Virus record (IMG/VR): IMGVR_UViG_3300031992_004563
Location: 32,001-96,000 of that record
Direction: 5' to 3' (one strand)
DNA: 64,000 bases
Source: a virus
Lineage: Duplodnaviria; Heunggongvirae; Uroviricota; Caudoviricetes
Shown: piece by piece, positions 48,632 through 58,743 of the stretch
Layout of the letters: every line of letters starts with the position of its first letter
Numbering within the stretch: position 1 is the first letter of the stretch
Notes under the pieces: model-generated
Database searches by the model: none
Told to the model about the DNA's origin: nothing
Seen by the model: the letters and a program-made list of their open reading frames with translations, nothing else
Made by a program: the position numbers and the translations under genes

Positions 48632-49729
48632 ATGGAATTATTTAAAGATGCATATTTCTCAAAGTCTGGAATGTTGGTTGGTAAAGAACTAGATCATTGT
48701 TTTGATTGTGCTTATTGTCGAGCACATAATGGTGAATTATTAAATTATACAAAATATTTACCAACAGATTTAAATCCTGATTTTACAAATATACCAGTAT
48801 TGGTTAATTTATTTTATGGTGATCCTACATTACAAACAGATGAAACTATTGATATTCTTGATAGATTAGAAAAAGCCGGACATGAAGGCCATATTGTTAT
48901 TATCACAAAAGGCGATATGAACAAATTAGCAAAAAATTGGTGGCCACTTAATATTCATTATGGAATTTCTACATTTGGAATTAACTCTAAATATGATGGT
49001 AGCACAATAGAACGGTTTGAGAAAAATTTAAACATTTGTAAAAATAATAAATTATCATATTCAATTGAGTTCAGACCTATAATCAAAAACATAAATGATT
49101 CTGATGAAGTATTCAATTATGTAGTAAGTGTAGCAAAGAAACACAATGTAGGAATTGGATATTGTGGTTTACAAGTTTCAGATGAAACTAGAGAGAGATT
49201 AAATCGTGAAGGTATTGTATTTGAGCCTTATAATGAAAAAGTTGGGTTTGGATTAAAGAAATTTATTTCAAAAGAACGTGATAATGCACTTAGAAATATT
49301 GCTCATAATAATGATGTAAATGTATTTAAGAAAACTTCGTGTCTAATTGCAACTGCAAATCATGTGCCTGATTATAATGCACATTATTATAGACCTAATG
49401 AAGTAGGTTGTCCTGATTGTCCAAATAAAAAGATATGTCAAGAATATAAAGACAATTTATTTAACAATCCGGACATTTGGAAACTAAGGGCAACAATTCC
49501 ATTTAAATTTGATTTGATTGATAAAGTTGATCATGTATGTACATTATATCAAAATGGATTGTGTCAATTTCCAAGCAATGATTGTATGCATATAACTGGT
49601 AAGATGATTAAAATAGATGATGAAATTACAACAACAGATGTAAGACTTATCAAATGGCTCACAGGATATACGGTAGACGCAAAATTTATTGAATCTCCTT
49701 ACATGAGTAAAGCATGGCTTAAAAAATAA
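48632..49729 (+). CDS. Radical-SAM-like Fe-S protein
   Basis: CFDCAYC near N-terminus; YGDP; IITK; RPII..IND; C-terminal Cys clusters. Confidence 0.65.
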   Translation: MELFKDAYFSKSGMLVGKELDHCFDCAYCRAHNGELLNYTKYLPTDLNPDFTNIPVLVNLFYGDPTLQTDETIDILDRLEKAGHEGHIVIITKGDMNKLAKNWWPLNIHYGISTFGINSKYDGSTIERFEKNLNICKNNKLSYSIEFRPIIKNINDSDEVFNYVVSVAKKHNVGIGYCGLQVSDETRERLNREGIVFEPYNEKVGFGLKKFISKERDNALRNIAHNNDVNVFKKTSCLIATANHVPDYNAHYYRPNEVGCPDCPNKKICQEYKDNLFNNPDIWKLRATIPFKFDLIDKVDHVCTLYQNGLCQFPSNDCMHITGKMIKIDDEITTTDVRLIKWLTGYTVDAKFIESPYMSKAWLKK

Positions 49730-49791
49730 AATGCAAATATATTATAAACTATATAAATTTATAAAATCTATAAAAATTAACAAACAAATTT

Positions 49792-50700
49792 ATGAAGTAT
49801 AAAATTGAGTATACTGGTAAATCAATACCAGAATGGGTTATTAATAATAGCCTAACAGTTGAATTAGCTAATCGTGGAACAAATTTCCAATTTGATAAAT
49901 GGCTAATGAATAATACCAATTTATTTGGTAATGAAAAAAATTTTTCTTTTAGCGATGAACATCGTGAAATTATTTCTTGTTTTTTAAAAGCAGGATTTAC
50001 ACCAATTGTAAATTGTTATGGAACATCATTAAAAGATGATCCCCGTAAAATAGTTGTTGAAAATGATATAACTTGGTTTTTATTTGATGGATGTGATAAT
50101 ACACATTTTATTAATATTGCTGTAAATTATAATAAAAATAAAGGAAATTTTACTGTTTATAATCATTCAGGAAAAGACAATAGTAGAATTGGCATATTTG
50201 ATAATATGTTTACAATTTTAAATATGACTAGATGTTATATGCCTATTAATATTATACATGCTGGAACAGATTTTTATAAACCAGATTGGGAAAAATTAAT
50301 TCTAAAAAATTCTGTTAATTTAGTAGACTCTAAATTATTTGATGAAAATTTAAAATACATAATTTCAAAAGTTGCTGAATCTTCATGGCATCAAGAAGGA
50401 ATAATTCCAAGGTTTAGTGATTCACCTAATGAAAGTTCAATTCAAATAGATAATTACTATTATTTAAAATTTAAAATTGTAAACCATCATATACGAATAA
50501 CATTATGTACACCAAAAAATAAATTTACATCAGATTCTATATATGGCAGTGATTATAATAGTGATTGTTACATTGATGTTTTTAGAGAAAATGATTATAA
50601 AGAGGGTGAAGATGATTCACAAATATTACATTCAGAAATTTTGGAATTATTACCAAAATTAGGAATTATTATAAGAGAAGATAAAAAGGCTGGTGAATAA
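49792..50700 (+). CDS. Hypothetical protein
   Basis: 302-aa ORF. Confidence 0.75.
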   Translation: MKYKIEYTGKSIPEWVINNSLTVELANRGTNFQFDKWLMNNTNLFGNEKNFSFSDEHREIISCFLKAGFTPIVNCYGTSLKDDPRKIVVENDITWFLFDGCDNTHFINIAVNYNKNKGNFTVYNHSGKDNSRIGIFDNMFTILNMTRCYMPINIIHAGTDFYKPDWEKLILKNSVNLVDSKLFDENLKYIISKVAESSWHQEGIIPRFSDSPNESSIQIDNYYYLKFKIVNHHIRITLCTPKNKFTSDSIYGSDYNSDCYIDVFRENDYKEGEDDSQILHSEILELLPKLGIIIREDKKAGE

Positions 50701-50765
50701 CTAGCCTTAATTTTTTAAACTTTTAAAATGAATTAAATATAATTTTAAATTTAATATTTTAAAAT

Positions 50766-50814
50766 AACTTCTATTTTTTAATTTAAAAAATTTTTATTAA
50801 TTTTGTAACGTTAA
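50766..50814 (+). promoter_or_regulatory. Class A promoter
   Basis: AACTTCTATTTTTT...TAATTTTGTAACGTTAA. Confidence 0.75.
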
Positions 50815-50830
50815 TTAAAAAATGTAATAT

Positions 50831-51232
50831 ATGAAGTTAGGTTATGTGTATCATGATGGTGGCCGTTCTAATTACTTCAAGGCCGGTAATGTTGGGGATT
50901 GTGTAATTAGAGCGCTTGCTATAATTAAAGGAATGAATTACAAAGAGGTATATGATACTGTTAAAAGTATCATTGGAGAAAGTCCACGCAATGGTGTTCC
51001 ACGTAAAAAATTGCAAAATGTTATGAAACATTTTGGTGGTGTATGGGTACCATTATCTGGAATAGGCACAGGTTGTAAAGCACATTTGGCTGCATATGAA
51101 ATTCCAATGTCAGGAAAAATCATATGTAATGTTAGTAAACATGTAACAGCTGTTATTGATGGAGTAAATTATGATACATATGATTCCAGCCGAAATGGAA
51201 CACGATGTGTATATGGATATTGGAAATTTTAA
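50831..51232 (+). CDS. Conserved phage protein, possible Cys-His papain-like fold
   Basis: GDCVIRAL; HVTAVIDG..YDTYD. Confidence 0.7.
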   Translation: MKLGYVYHDGGRSNYFKAGNVGDCVIRALAIIKGMNYKEVYDTVKSIIGESPRNGVPRKKLQNVMKHFGGVWVPLSGIGTGCKAHLAAYEIPMSGKIICNVSKHVTAVIDGVNYDTYDSSRNGTRCVYGYWKF

Positions 51233-51243
51233 ATAATAAATTT

Positions 51244-51906
51244 ATGAATAATGAACGAATAAAATATCCTAGAACATTTCATTTGCCTTATTCACAATCA
51301 AAGACAGATGATGATAAGACATTGCCAAATGATGATCAATTCAAAGGAATGGAAGTCGTGGTAACAATCAAGATGGATGGTGAAAATACAACTGTCTATC
51401 CTGATGGTTATATTCATGCTCGTTCTCTTGATGGAACTGGCTATACATGGCAAAATTGGTTGAAGTCATATGTTTGGGAATTTTGTGGCGCACTTGCAGA
51501 TGATGAACGAATAATTGGTGAAAACTTGTATGCAAAACATTCAATTGGTTATAAGTTCAATGATATAAAAGATACATTCCAGGTATTTGCAATGTGTTTT
51601 AATTTTGATGGTGTTGATTATTTCTATGATTGGGACTATATTGAAATGTTTTGTGAAGGTTATGGATTAAAACATGTTGATGTAATATATAGAGGTATTT
51701 ATGATAAAGAAAAAATCATGGAGGCCTTTGAAAATAAGAAAAAAGAACTAGCAGAACAAGGACAAGATATTGAAGGTTTTGTTGTTCGTGATGCTTATGA
51801 ATTTCCAACAAGTGAATTTCAAAAACACGTTGCAAAGTTTGTTCGCGCAAATCATGTTCAAACTGATAAACATTGGAGAGAAACTTGGACTAAAAATGAA
51901 TTTTAA
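51244..51906 (+). CDS. ATP-dependent RNA ligase family protein
   Basis: KYPRTFHLP; motif I KMDGEN; GENLYAKHS; motif IV EGFVVR; motif V AKFVR. Confidence 0.88.
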   Translation: MNNERIKYPRTFHLPYSQSKTDDDKTLPNDDQFKGMEVVVTIKMDGENTTVYPDGYIHARSLDGTGYTWQNWLKSYVWEFCGALADDERIIGENLYAKHSIGYKFNDIKDTFQVFAMCFNFDGVDYFYDWDYIEMFCEGYGLKHVDVIYRGIYDKEKIMEAFENKKKELAEQGQDIEGFVVRDAYEFPTSEFQKHVAKFVRANHVQTDKHWRETWTKNEF

Positions 51907-52309
51907 AACTATGGCAGAAGTATATACATCATATTTTGCAAACTTAAAAAATCTACCAGATAATTTATGTCCAATATCAATCTGTGGTAAAGCCCCAGAT
52001 TGGTATAATGGCATTCAATATAAAGTACTTGCACCTAAATATTGGTTCTTTAAGAAATATGAGGAAGATGGCGATAAGGAATTTTATACTGAAGCATTTA
52101 ATCGTGATGTATTAAATAATCTTAAAGCCTGGGAAGTACTTAATAAATTAAAAGAACTTGCAGGTAATAAAATACCATGTTTGATATGTTATGAAAAACC
52201 GGATGATTTTTGCCATAGACATCTTGTAGCAGAATGGCTTCAAAATAATTGTAATATTAAAGTTGAAGAATTTGAAATAGAAAAAACACATAAATTATTT
52301 AAATTATGA
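51896..52309 (+). CDS. DUF488-like protein
   Basis: YTSYF; LAP; LICYEKPDDFCHRHLVAEWL. Confidence 0.75.
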   Translation: MNFKTMAEVYTSYFANLKNLPDNLCPISICGKAPDWYNGIQYKVLAPKYWFFKKYEEDGDKEFYTEAFNRDVLNNLKAWEVLNKLKELAGNKIPCLICYEKPDDFCHRHLVAEWLQNNCNIKVEEFEIEKTHKLFKL

Positions 52310-52539
52310 AAGTACGAATTGAATATCGATATAGTAATGATCATGGATATTGTCGTGATTTTGTTTGCGATGAAAATAATATGCCTTTACCTGGTATGAA
52401 AGTGCGGGATTTGGTTAGTTATTCAACATTAGTTAATATTCAACAAACTAGAATCGATGGAGATGGATTAAAACATTATGTTGGGTTAATTAAGGAAGAT
52501 AATGGTGAATCAAGCAATGGGCAAATATATGATTTCTAA
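52306..52539 (+). CDS. Hypothetical protein
   Basis: ATGA-coupled ORF. Confidence 0.6.
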   Translation: MKVRIEYRYSNDHGYCRDFVCDENNMPLPGMKVRDLVSYSTLVNIQQTRIDGDGLKHYVGLIKEDNGESSNGQIYDF

Positions 52540-52542
52540 TAT

Positions 52543-53007
52543 ATGAAATACTATAAAGGCAATATAAATCCGGAACCTAATACAATTTTTGTATTTGGCA
52601 GTAATCCAGAAGGTAGACATGGCGCAGGTGCAGCAAAAATAGCAAGAGAAAAATTTGGTGCTATTTATGGAGTTGGTGAAGGATTACAAGGTAATGCATA
52701 TGCATTGCCTACAAAGGATTTAAGAGTAAAAGAAAATAATGGTTATCGTTCTATTTCAAAAGAACAAATTATTGAGAATATCAAAAAACTATATAAATGT
52801 GCAATTGAATATCCGGAATTAGATTTTAAAATTGCATATCGAAATATAGAAAAACCATCATTAAATGGATATACTGGAATTGAAATGATAAAAATGTTTG
52901 ACAATGCAGGCCCTATTCCAGAAAATATTTGGTTTTCACAAGAATGGCATGATTTTTATTACAGACATTTACATAATGATGGGCAAACAGTAGAAAATTG
53001 GTTTTAA
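52543..53007 (+). CDS. A1S_2505-like phage protein (macrodomain-like)
   Basis: IFVFGSNPEGRHGAGAAKIA..KFGAIYGVGEGLQGNAYALPTK. Confidence 0.75.
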   Translation: MKYYKGNINPEPNTIFVFGSNPEGRHGAGAAKIAREKFGAIYGVGEGLQGNAYALPTKDLRVKENNGYRSISKEQIIENIKKLYKCAIEYPELDFKIAYRNIEKPSLNGYTGIEMIKMFDNAGPIPENIWFSQEWHDFYYRHLHNDGQTVENWF

Positions 53008-53012
53008 ATAAT

Positions 53013-53441
53013 ATGAGAACAATTAAATTTAGAGGTAAATTTGTTTATGCAAATCCTGATGGATCTCTTAAATGGGTTTATGGAGATTTTGGCCATAGTG
53101 TTGTACCTGGAAAAGCAGTAATTAATGAAATAATTCCTTATAATGAAGGTGATTTTATTGCACATACAGAAGTATTAATTGGAACAATTTGCCAATTTAC
53201 TGGGGTTCATGATAAAAATGGTGTAGAAATATATGAAGGTGATATTATTCGTGCATATGATAGTAAAAATAATGTAATTCTTCATCAAATTTATTATCTT
53301 GAAAAAGATGCACGATTTGCTACAAAGTTAATTGGATATGATGAATTAAGCGAAGGTGAGCTTACACAAAAATGGGTTAATGAAATAGGTTTTGAAGTTA
53401 TTGGAAATATATTTGATAATCCAGAATTAATTAAAAAATGA
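53013..53441 (+). CDS. YopX family protein
   Basis: MRTIKFRG; QFTGVHDKNGVEIYEGDII; EVIGNIFDNPEL. Confidence 0.9.
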   Translation: MRTIKFRGKFVYANPDGSLKWVYGDFGHSVVPGKAVINEIIPYNEGDFIAHTEVLIGTICQFTGVHDKNGVEIYEGDIIRAYDSKNNVILHQIYYLEKDARFATKLIGYDELSEGELTQKWVNEIGFEVIGNIFDNPELIKK

Positions 53442-54076
53442 TTGATTTAAATAAACATATTATTTGTAGTTTTCCATACGGTTCTGCAACATATGGAATT
53501 AAACCTACTGAATATTCAGATGTAGATATAGTTACTATAGTGGATGATTCTGTAGATTTTTCAGCATATTATAATGAAATATATGAGGAAAAAATATCTA
53601 AAGATGGTGTAGAAATTGATACTCAATATATAAAAGAGTCTAATTTTATTGAGATGGTTAAAAACCATCATATTATTGGCTTGGAAAGTATGTGGCTTCC
53701 TAAAGAAATGATTAATGGTGATTATAAATATGCTCAATATTTTGAATTGGACCTATGGAAACTACGTCAAACCATTTCAAGCATTGTAAGTAATGCATGG
53801 GCAAAATGTCATAAGAAACTTACAGTAGAAAAAGATTATGATTTTTATCGTGGTTTAAAATCATTATTTCATTGTTTAAGATTACTTGATTTTGGTATTC
53901 AAATTGCAACATATGGAAAGATTGTAAATTATGCATCAGCAAATCATTATTGGATAGATTTATGGGATAATGATATAGTTCCATCTCATAAATGGGAAGA
54001 TTATAAAGCAAAGTATCAACCAGAATTGAATAGACTAAAGAGTGAATTTGTAAAACTTTGCCCAAAACCTATATAA
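53438..54076 (+). CDS. Pol-beta-superfamily nucleotidyltransferase
   Basis: YGSATYG...SDVD; KSLFHCLR. Confidence 0.8.
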   Translation: MIDLNKHIICSFPYGSATYGIKPTEYSDVDIVTIVDDSVDFSAYYNEIYEEKISKDGVEIDTQYIKESNFIEMVKNHHIIGLESMWLPKEMINGDYKYAQYFELDLWKLRQTISSIVSNAWAKCHKKLTVEKDYDFYRGLKSLFHCLRLLDFGIQIATYGKIVNYASANHYWIDLWDNDIVPSHKWEDYKAKYQPELNRLKSEFVKLCPKPI

Positions 54077-54098
54077 AATATAAAAATAAAAATTTTAT

Positions 54099-54395
54099 AT
54101 GAAAACTTATATTGTATCATGTATATCATATTATACAGGCTTTGATGATAAATTTTATTTAGAAAAAGTACATCCATCATTTTTTGAAGGAAATTGTAGA
54201 GTTGATTTAGAATGGACGGATGACATATATAAAACACGATGTTTTTGTGATAAACAAACCGCTAATTATTTTATTAAAGAAATTAAAGCTAAATTAAACA
54301 ATAAATCATCTATCGTACGTAGTCTTGGATTACATGATACAATAAAAGATTTAAAGGTTCAAAAAATTGAAATTAATATTAAAGAATTGGATTAA
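54099..54395 (+). CDS. Hypothetical protein
   Basis: Operonic ORF. Confidence 0.6.
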   Translation: MKTYIVSCISYYTGFDDKFYLEKVHPSFFEGNCRVDLEWTDDIYKTRCFCDKQTANYFIKEIKAKLNNKSSIVRSLGLHDTIKDLKVQKIEINIKELD

Positions 54396-54708
54396 ATAAT
54401 GAAAAATAAATTTAAAAATTTTATAAAAAGAATTAAATTTCTTGATTTAATAATATTTCCAATTGTAATTGCACTAATTGGATGTGCAATATATTTGAAA
54501 CCGGAGGTTTTAATATATTTGTTTGTTGGTATAATATTTTTGTATATATATGAGCGATTAAAATGAATTAATTATGGAGGAACACAGTAAAACTGCTGGT
54601 GCACTTATATATGATAGTATATATAGTTTTGCACTTAAACAATTTCATTTAAATCATGGGAAATTGTGTAATATTAAACCAAAACAAAGTAAACGCAAAC
54701 ATTAAATT

Positions 54709-55266
54709 ATGTTAACTGCATTAGGATCTTGGATATATTGGTGTATATGGCCATTAATATGTACAATAATTGTATATTTAATAGTAACACATGGAGATTT
54801 AAACAGATGTGTAATTGATCATGTGAAAGGAAGTTTAATAATTTTGCCTTTTTCATATTTAATAGGCGTATTAACAGGAATACTTGTTTTTATGGTGCCA
54901 TTTTGTATGGCATATAGTGATGCTACAGTTAAAACTATAGCAGTTAATGAAATGTCTATTAAATCTTTATCAAGTACAGATAAATCGTTTCAAATTGGCC
55001 AAAGTGATATTGATGGAGAAAAGTCATATATTGTATTAGTATATAAAGATAGTCATTATGATCCAAAAGAAGTACGTGCTGATAAATTTAAAATTGTATG
55101 TACAGATTCAATACCTCCAAAAATATCTATAGTTATAAAAGATTGTACAACACCAAAAAAGTTTAAATGGCTATTTAATGAAATGATAATGGATAATGTT
55201 GAAGAATTTCAATATGGTACAATATATGTGCCAAAAAGATATACATTAATGCCATATAAAAAATAA
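54709..55266 (+). CDS. Membrane protein
   Basis: Two N-terminal TM segments. Confidence 0.7.
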   Translation: MLTALGSWIYWCIWPLICTIIVYLIVTHGDLNRCVIDHVKGSLIILPFSYLIGVLTGILVFMVPFCMAYSDATVKTIAVNEMSIKSLSSTDKSFQIGQSDIDGEKSYIVLVYKDSHYDPKEVRADKFKIVCTDSIPPKISIVIKDCTTPKKFKWLFNEMIMDNVEEFQYGTIYVPKRYTLMPYKK

Positions 55267-55286
55267 GAAAAATAAATTTAATAATT

Positions 55287-55628
55287 ATGATACCATACGA
55301 TAAAGAAGATGTAAAAACCTTTCATGAAAAAGGATTAATGTGGATGGTTTTTGGAATATTAATTCCATCAGATACATTTGCAAAACTTAAAGAATATGAA
55401 GATTCCATTAGAATCTTAGGAAAACTTCAAAAATCTATTCCTGAAGCAGATATTAATCAAGAAGATAAGGATAAGTATATTGAAAAAGCAAATAAAGTTA
55501 TGGATCTTCTTCAAAAGGAATATGATGAAAAGAAGAAAAAGATTGAGAAAAGAAAGAAATATACTAAAAAGCATAAATCTCAACAACTAAAAGAGATTAA
55601 AGTAACAGATGGAAAGCTCTATTTGTAA
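55287..55628 (+). CDS. Hypothetical protein
   Basis: Operonic ORF. Confidence 0.65.
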   Translation: MIPYDKEDVKTFHEKGLMWMVFGILIPSDTFAKLKEYEDSIRILGKLQKSIPEADINQEDKDKYIEKANKVMDLLQKEYDEKKKKIEKRKKYTKKHKSQQLKEIKVTDGKLYL

Positions 55629-55808
55629 AAATATTATTTAGAATGATAATGTTTATAGTTCAAAGAAAAAATTAGAACAAATAATTAAAGAATTTCCAAT
55701 ATTATATAAAGGAGTAAATTTTATAACATATTTAGAAAGTTTACAATATTGGGCAAAAAACATTTGCCCCTTTTTACAATATAATTTTTAAATTATATTT
55801 TATTAAAT

Positions 55809-56177
55809 ATGAATATTGATGAACAACGTTATTCTCAAGATGAGATTAAAAAACATACAGATAAAAAATTAAATGAATTAATTGATTATAAAATTATTGT
55901 TTCATTAGATTATTATTTAAATGTATTACCAAATAATCCATTTTACTGGTCATATTTTTGTGAAGGCACAATGAAGGGAAAGCCAGATATAATACATGGC
56001 GATGATGTTTACTTTATAGGCGCAATAATTGATGCAACTTCAAAAATTGGAGTATATGTATTTGCTGATGAATTTAACAAATATCATGAAGAACAAATAC
56101 AAAAATATAGAGAACAATGTAAAAGAGAAAGAGAAGAACGATTAAAACAATATAATGAAGCAAAACTAGAAAAATAA
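55809..56177 (+). CDS. Hypothetical protein
   Basis: Operonic ORF. Confidence 0.65.
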   Translation: MNIDEQRYSQDEIKKHTDKKLNELIDYKIIVSLDYYLNVLPNNPFYWSYFCEGTMKGKPDIIHGDDVYFIGAIIDATSKIGVYVFADEFNKYHEEQIQKYREQCKREREERLKQYNEAKLEK

Positions 56178-56567
56178 ATGAAAAATGATATGTCAGAAGT
56201 AATAGAAGAGTTATTGTATACAAAGGACCATGAATGGGTTCGTATTGAAGGTGATGAAGCATATGTAGGTATTACCGATTATGCACAATCTGAGCTTGGT
56301 GAAATTGTATTCATTGATGTTCCATCAATTTGTGAAAGTATTCAGCAATTTGATATTTTTGGTTCTATTGAAGCTGTTAAAACTGTTGCTGATTTAAATA
56401 TGCCAATGTCTGGTACCGTTAAAGAGTTTAACAAAAGACTTGATAATGAGCCTGAATTGGTAAACAATGATCCTTATGGTGATGGATGGATTATTAAAAT
56501 TTCACTTGATGATCCACGAGAAGTTGCTAATCTTTTAGATGCAAAACAATATAGAGAAATTTGTTAA
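56178..56567 (+). CDS. gcvH: Glycine cleavage system H protein
   Basis: YTKDHEWV; [16 protein letters not shown]; IEAVKTV with lipoyl Lys; [13 protein letters not shown]. Confidence 0.95.
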   Translation: MKNDMSEVIEELLYTKDHEWVRIEGDEAYVGITDYAQSELGEIVFIDVPSICESIQQFDIFGSIEAVKTVADLNMPMSGTVKEFNKRLDNEPELVNNDPYGDGWIIKISLDDPREVANLLDAKQYREIC

Positions 56568-56569
56568 TT

Positions 56570-57232
56570 ATGAAAGAACAAACACAATATTATTTAAGAA
56601 TATTTTTCTCTGCAATATTTGCAGGAATTTGTATAGGCCTTGCAGGTTTTGGTTTTTTAACTAATCCTGCAATTGGTATGTTTTTATTCGTATTTGGATT
56701 GGCTGCGGTAGTTAATTATCAAGTCAAATTATTTACAGGCACGGCTGGATTTTTAGATAAGCCATCTGACTTATGGATGCTTTTGGTATGTCTATTAGGA
56801 AATTTAGTTGGGTGTTATTTTATGTCATTAATTAGTATGGCATCACCAGCCGAATTAGCATTAGCAGCAGAAGCAATATTAACTAAACGAATTTCACTCG
56901 GTTATTTGAAAGCTGGTGTAATGGCAATTGGATGTGGTATATTAATGTCTGCATCTGTTGAATTCGCAAGAAAAGGAAAAGATTTTGGATATTGGCTTCC
57001 ATTATGTATGGGTGTTCCTTTGTTTATTTTATGTGGATTCCCTCACTGTATAGCCGATGCATTTTATTACATGAGTTGTTCTAATTCATTTTTAGCATCT
57101 CATTGTTTAGAAACATTGGGAACCTATGGATCTATAGTTTTAGGAAACTTTATTGGTTGTAATGTTTATCATATTAAAGATGTTATTAAAGAAAAGAAAG
57201 ATGATATATCTAATATGACGTTGAATGATTAA
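56570..57232 (+). CDS. Formate/nitrite transporter family channel
   Basis: AGICIG; LFTG; GNLVG; GFPHCIAD; GNFIG. Confidence 0.88.
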   Translation: MKEQTQYYLRIFFSAIFAGICIGLAGFGFLTNPAIGMFLFVFGLAAVVNYQVKLFTGTAGFLDKPSDLWMLLVCLLGNLVGCYFMSLISMASPAELALAAEAILTKRISLGYLKAGVMAIGCGILMSASVEFARKGKDFGYWLPLCMGVPLFILCGFPHCIADAFYYMSCSNSFLASHCLETLGTYGSIVLGNFIGCNVYHIKDVIKEKKDDISNMTLND

Positions 57233-57249
57233 AATAAAGTAAATTAATT

Positions 57250-57612
57250 ATGTTTGAACAAATGAATTGCGATGCATTTAAGCATTTAATAGAATATGAT
57301 AATAATGAAAAAATAGATTTATATTTAATTTTTAAACCAACTCGTGAAGAATATTCATTTATATTTACAGATGGGAGCAGTTTATATACAGATGTTATCA
57401 AAGGTAGATATAGTATAAAAAGAAATGGTATTGAAGAGGAAATGTGTACAACTAAAATAATTTCATGGAAAGAATTAGCTAAAGGATTTGATGGCATTGA
57501 TGAAAATAATTATAATGAAATTATAAGAAATTGTAAAAAGGTTGGAGAACCTATAAATTTTTCTAATAAAAAGATTAAAAAACAAATACATCATACAATT
57601 GAGCGTGATTAA
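57250..57612 (+). CDS. Hypothetical protein
   Basis: Operonic ORF. Confidence 0.65.
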   Translation: MFEQMNCDAFKHLIEYDNNEKIDLYLIFKPTREEYSFIFTDGSSLYTDVIKGRYSIKRNGIEEEMCTTKIISWKELAKGFDGIDENNYNEIIRNCKKVGEPINFSNKKIKKQIHHTIERD

Positions 57613-57659
57613 AAACTTTAAAATAAATTTAATATATAATATTTAAATATAAAGTGAAT

Positions 57660-57926
57660 ATGTTATCAATTTTATCAATTTTATTAAGTGGTGGATATTT
57701 AGCAATAATTTTATATGCACTATTATTAAATAATGATGGATTTAGAGATTATGTAACAGCATTTGCAGAAACTATTATAAAGATGTATAAAATTAAAAAA
57801 ATGCATCCTTATTCATTAATACAAATTTTTGGTGTTATATTATTATTAACTTCATGGCTAGGAATAGCAATAATCATACTATTATTAGTTGATTATTGTT
57901 TCAATTATAAAAATAAACAAGATTAA
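57660..57926 (+). CDS. Small membrane protein
   Basis: Two TM; ..LLTSWLG.. resembles ..ILSWIG.. in 58171..58446. Confidence 0.6.
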   Translation: MLSILSILLSGGYLAIILYALLLNNDGFRDYVTAFAETIIKMYKIKKMHPYSLIQIFGVILLLTSWLGIAIIILLLVDYCFNYKNKQD

Positions 57927-57929
57927 AAT

Positions 57930-58151
57930 ATGAAAAATTGGACATGGAAAGAATGGACTGCATTTGGTTTGGTTGCAGCTGTTATTGTAGCTGAAGTTGT
58001 TTCAGTATTTGTTGCTCCTTGGGCAGCTGTTCTTGGTGCTGGTACAGCAGTATTTGCATTTGTTGCAGGTTGGCTTGCTGGAAAGCATGTTGTAATTAAA
58101 GATAACGATAACAATAAAGAAGAAAATGCAGCTCGAATGAGTCAACGTTAA
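57930..58151 (+). CDS. Small membrane protein
   Basis: Two TM. Confidence 0.65.
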   Translation: MKNWTWKEWTAFGLVAAVIVAEVVSVFVAPWAAVLGAGTAVFAFVAGWLAGKHVVIKDNDNNKEENAARMSQR

Positions 58152-58170
58152 AAAATAAAATTAATTAAAT

Positions 58171-58446
58171 ATGTTTTACTATATTTTAGGTGCTTGTGTA
58201 TCTGGGTTATTATTTTTATTATTAACTTTTAGTTCTTCATTTTATGAGTTTTTAATAGATAATGTTGAGAATGCTAAAAATGAAATAAAAAGTAGTGAAA
58301 AATATAACACTGTTGAAAAAACCTTATTAGACGGGGTTGATAATAATTCAGTAATTAATTGTCTAAATTGGACAATCGCCATATTATCATGGATAGGGCT
58401 TTTATTAGTACTTTATTATATAATAGCATATTTGTTTAATAAGTAA
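58171..58446 (+). CDS. Small membrane protein
   Basis: Two TM. Confidence 0.6.
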   Translation: MFYYILGACVSGLLFLLLTFSSSFYEFLIDNVENAKNEIKSSEKYNTVEKTLLDGVDNNSVINCLNWTIAILSWIGLLLVLYYIIAYLFNK

Positions 58447-58465
58447 AAATTAAAATTTTATAATT

Positions 58466-58621
58466 ATGAAGAAAATTGTATTTATTGTATGTGCATGTGT
58501 TGCAATGGTATTTGCATCTTGCACAGGTTGTAGAGGTGGCCAAGGTCAACATGATCAAGATACGGTTGTAGTTGAAGACACCGTAGTAGTTGAAGAAGTT
58601 GATACTTTGGTTGCAGAGTAA
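58466..58621 (+). CDS. Small lipoprotein (51 aa)
   Basis: MKKIVFIVCACVAMVFAS-C lipobox; acidic DTVVVE repeats. Confidence 0.7.
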   Translation: MKKIVFIVCACVAMVFASCTGCRGGQGQHDQDTVVVEDTVVVEEVDTLVAE

Positions 58622-58743
58622 TTTAAATTTGAAAACTAATTGAATTATTCGAAGGAGGATTATCTTAATTGATAATTCTCCTTTATTATTAAACTATTAA
58701 TATTTTTAAACATATAATATTTGAATAAAATTTAAATTATAAT

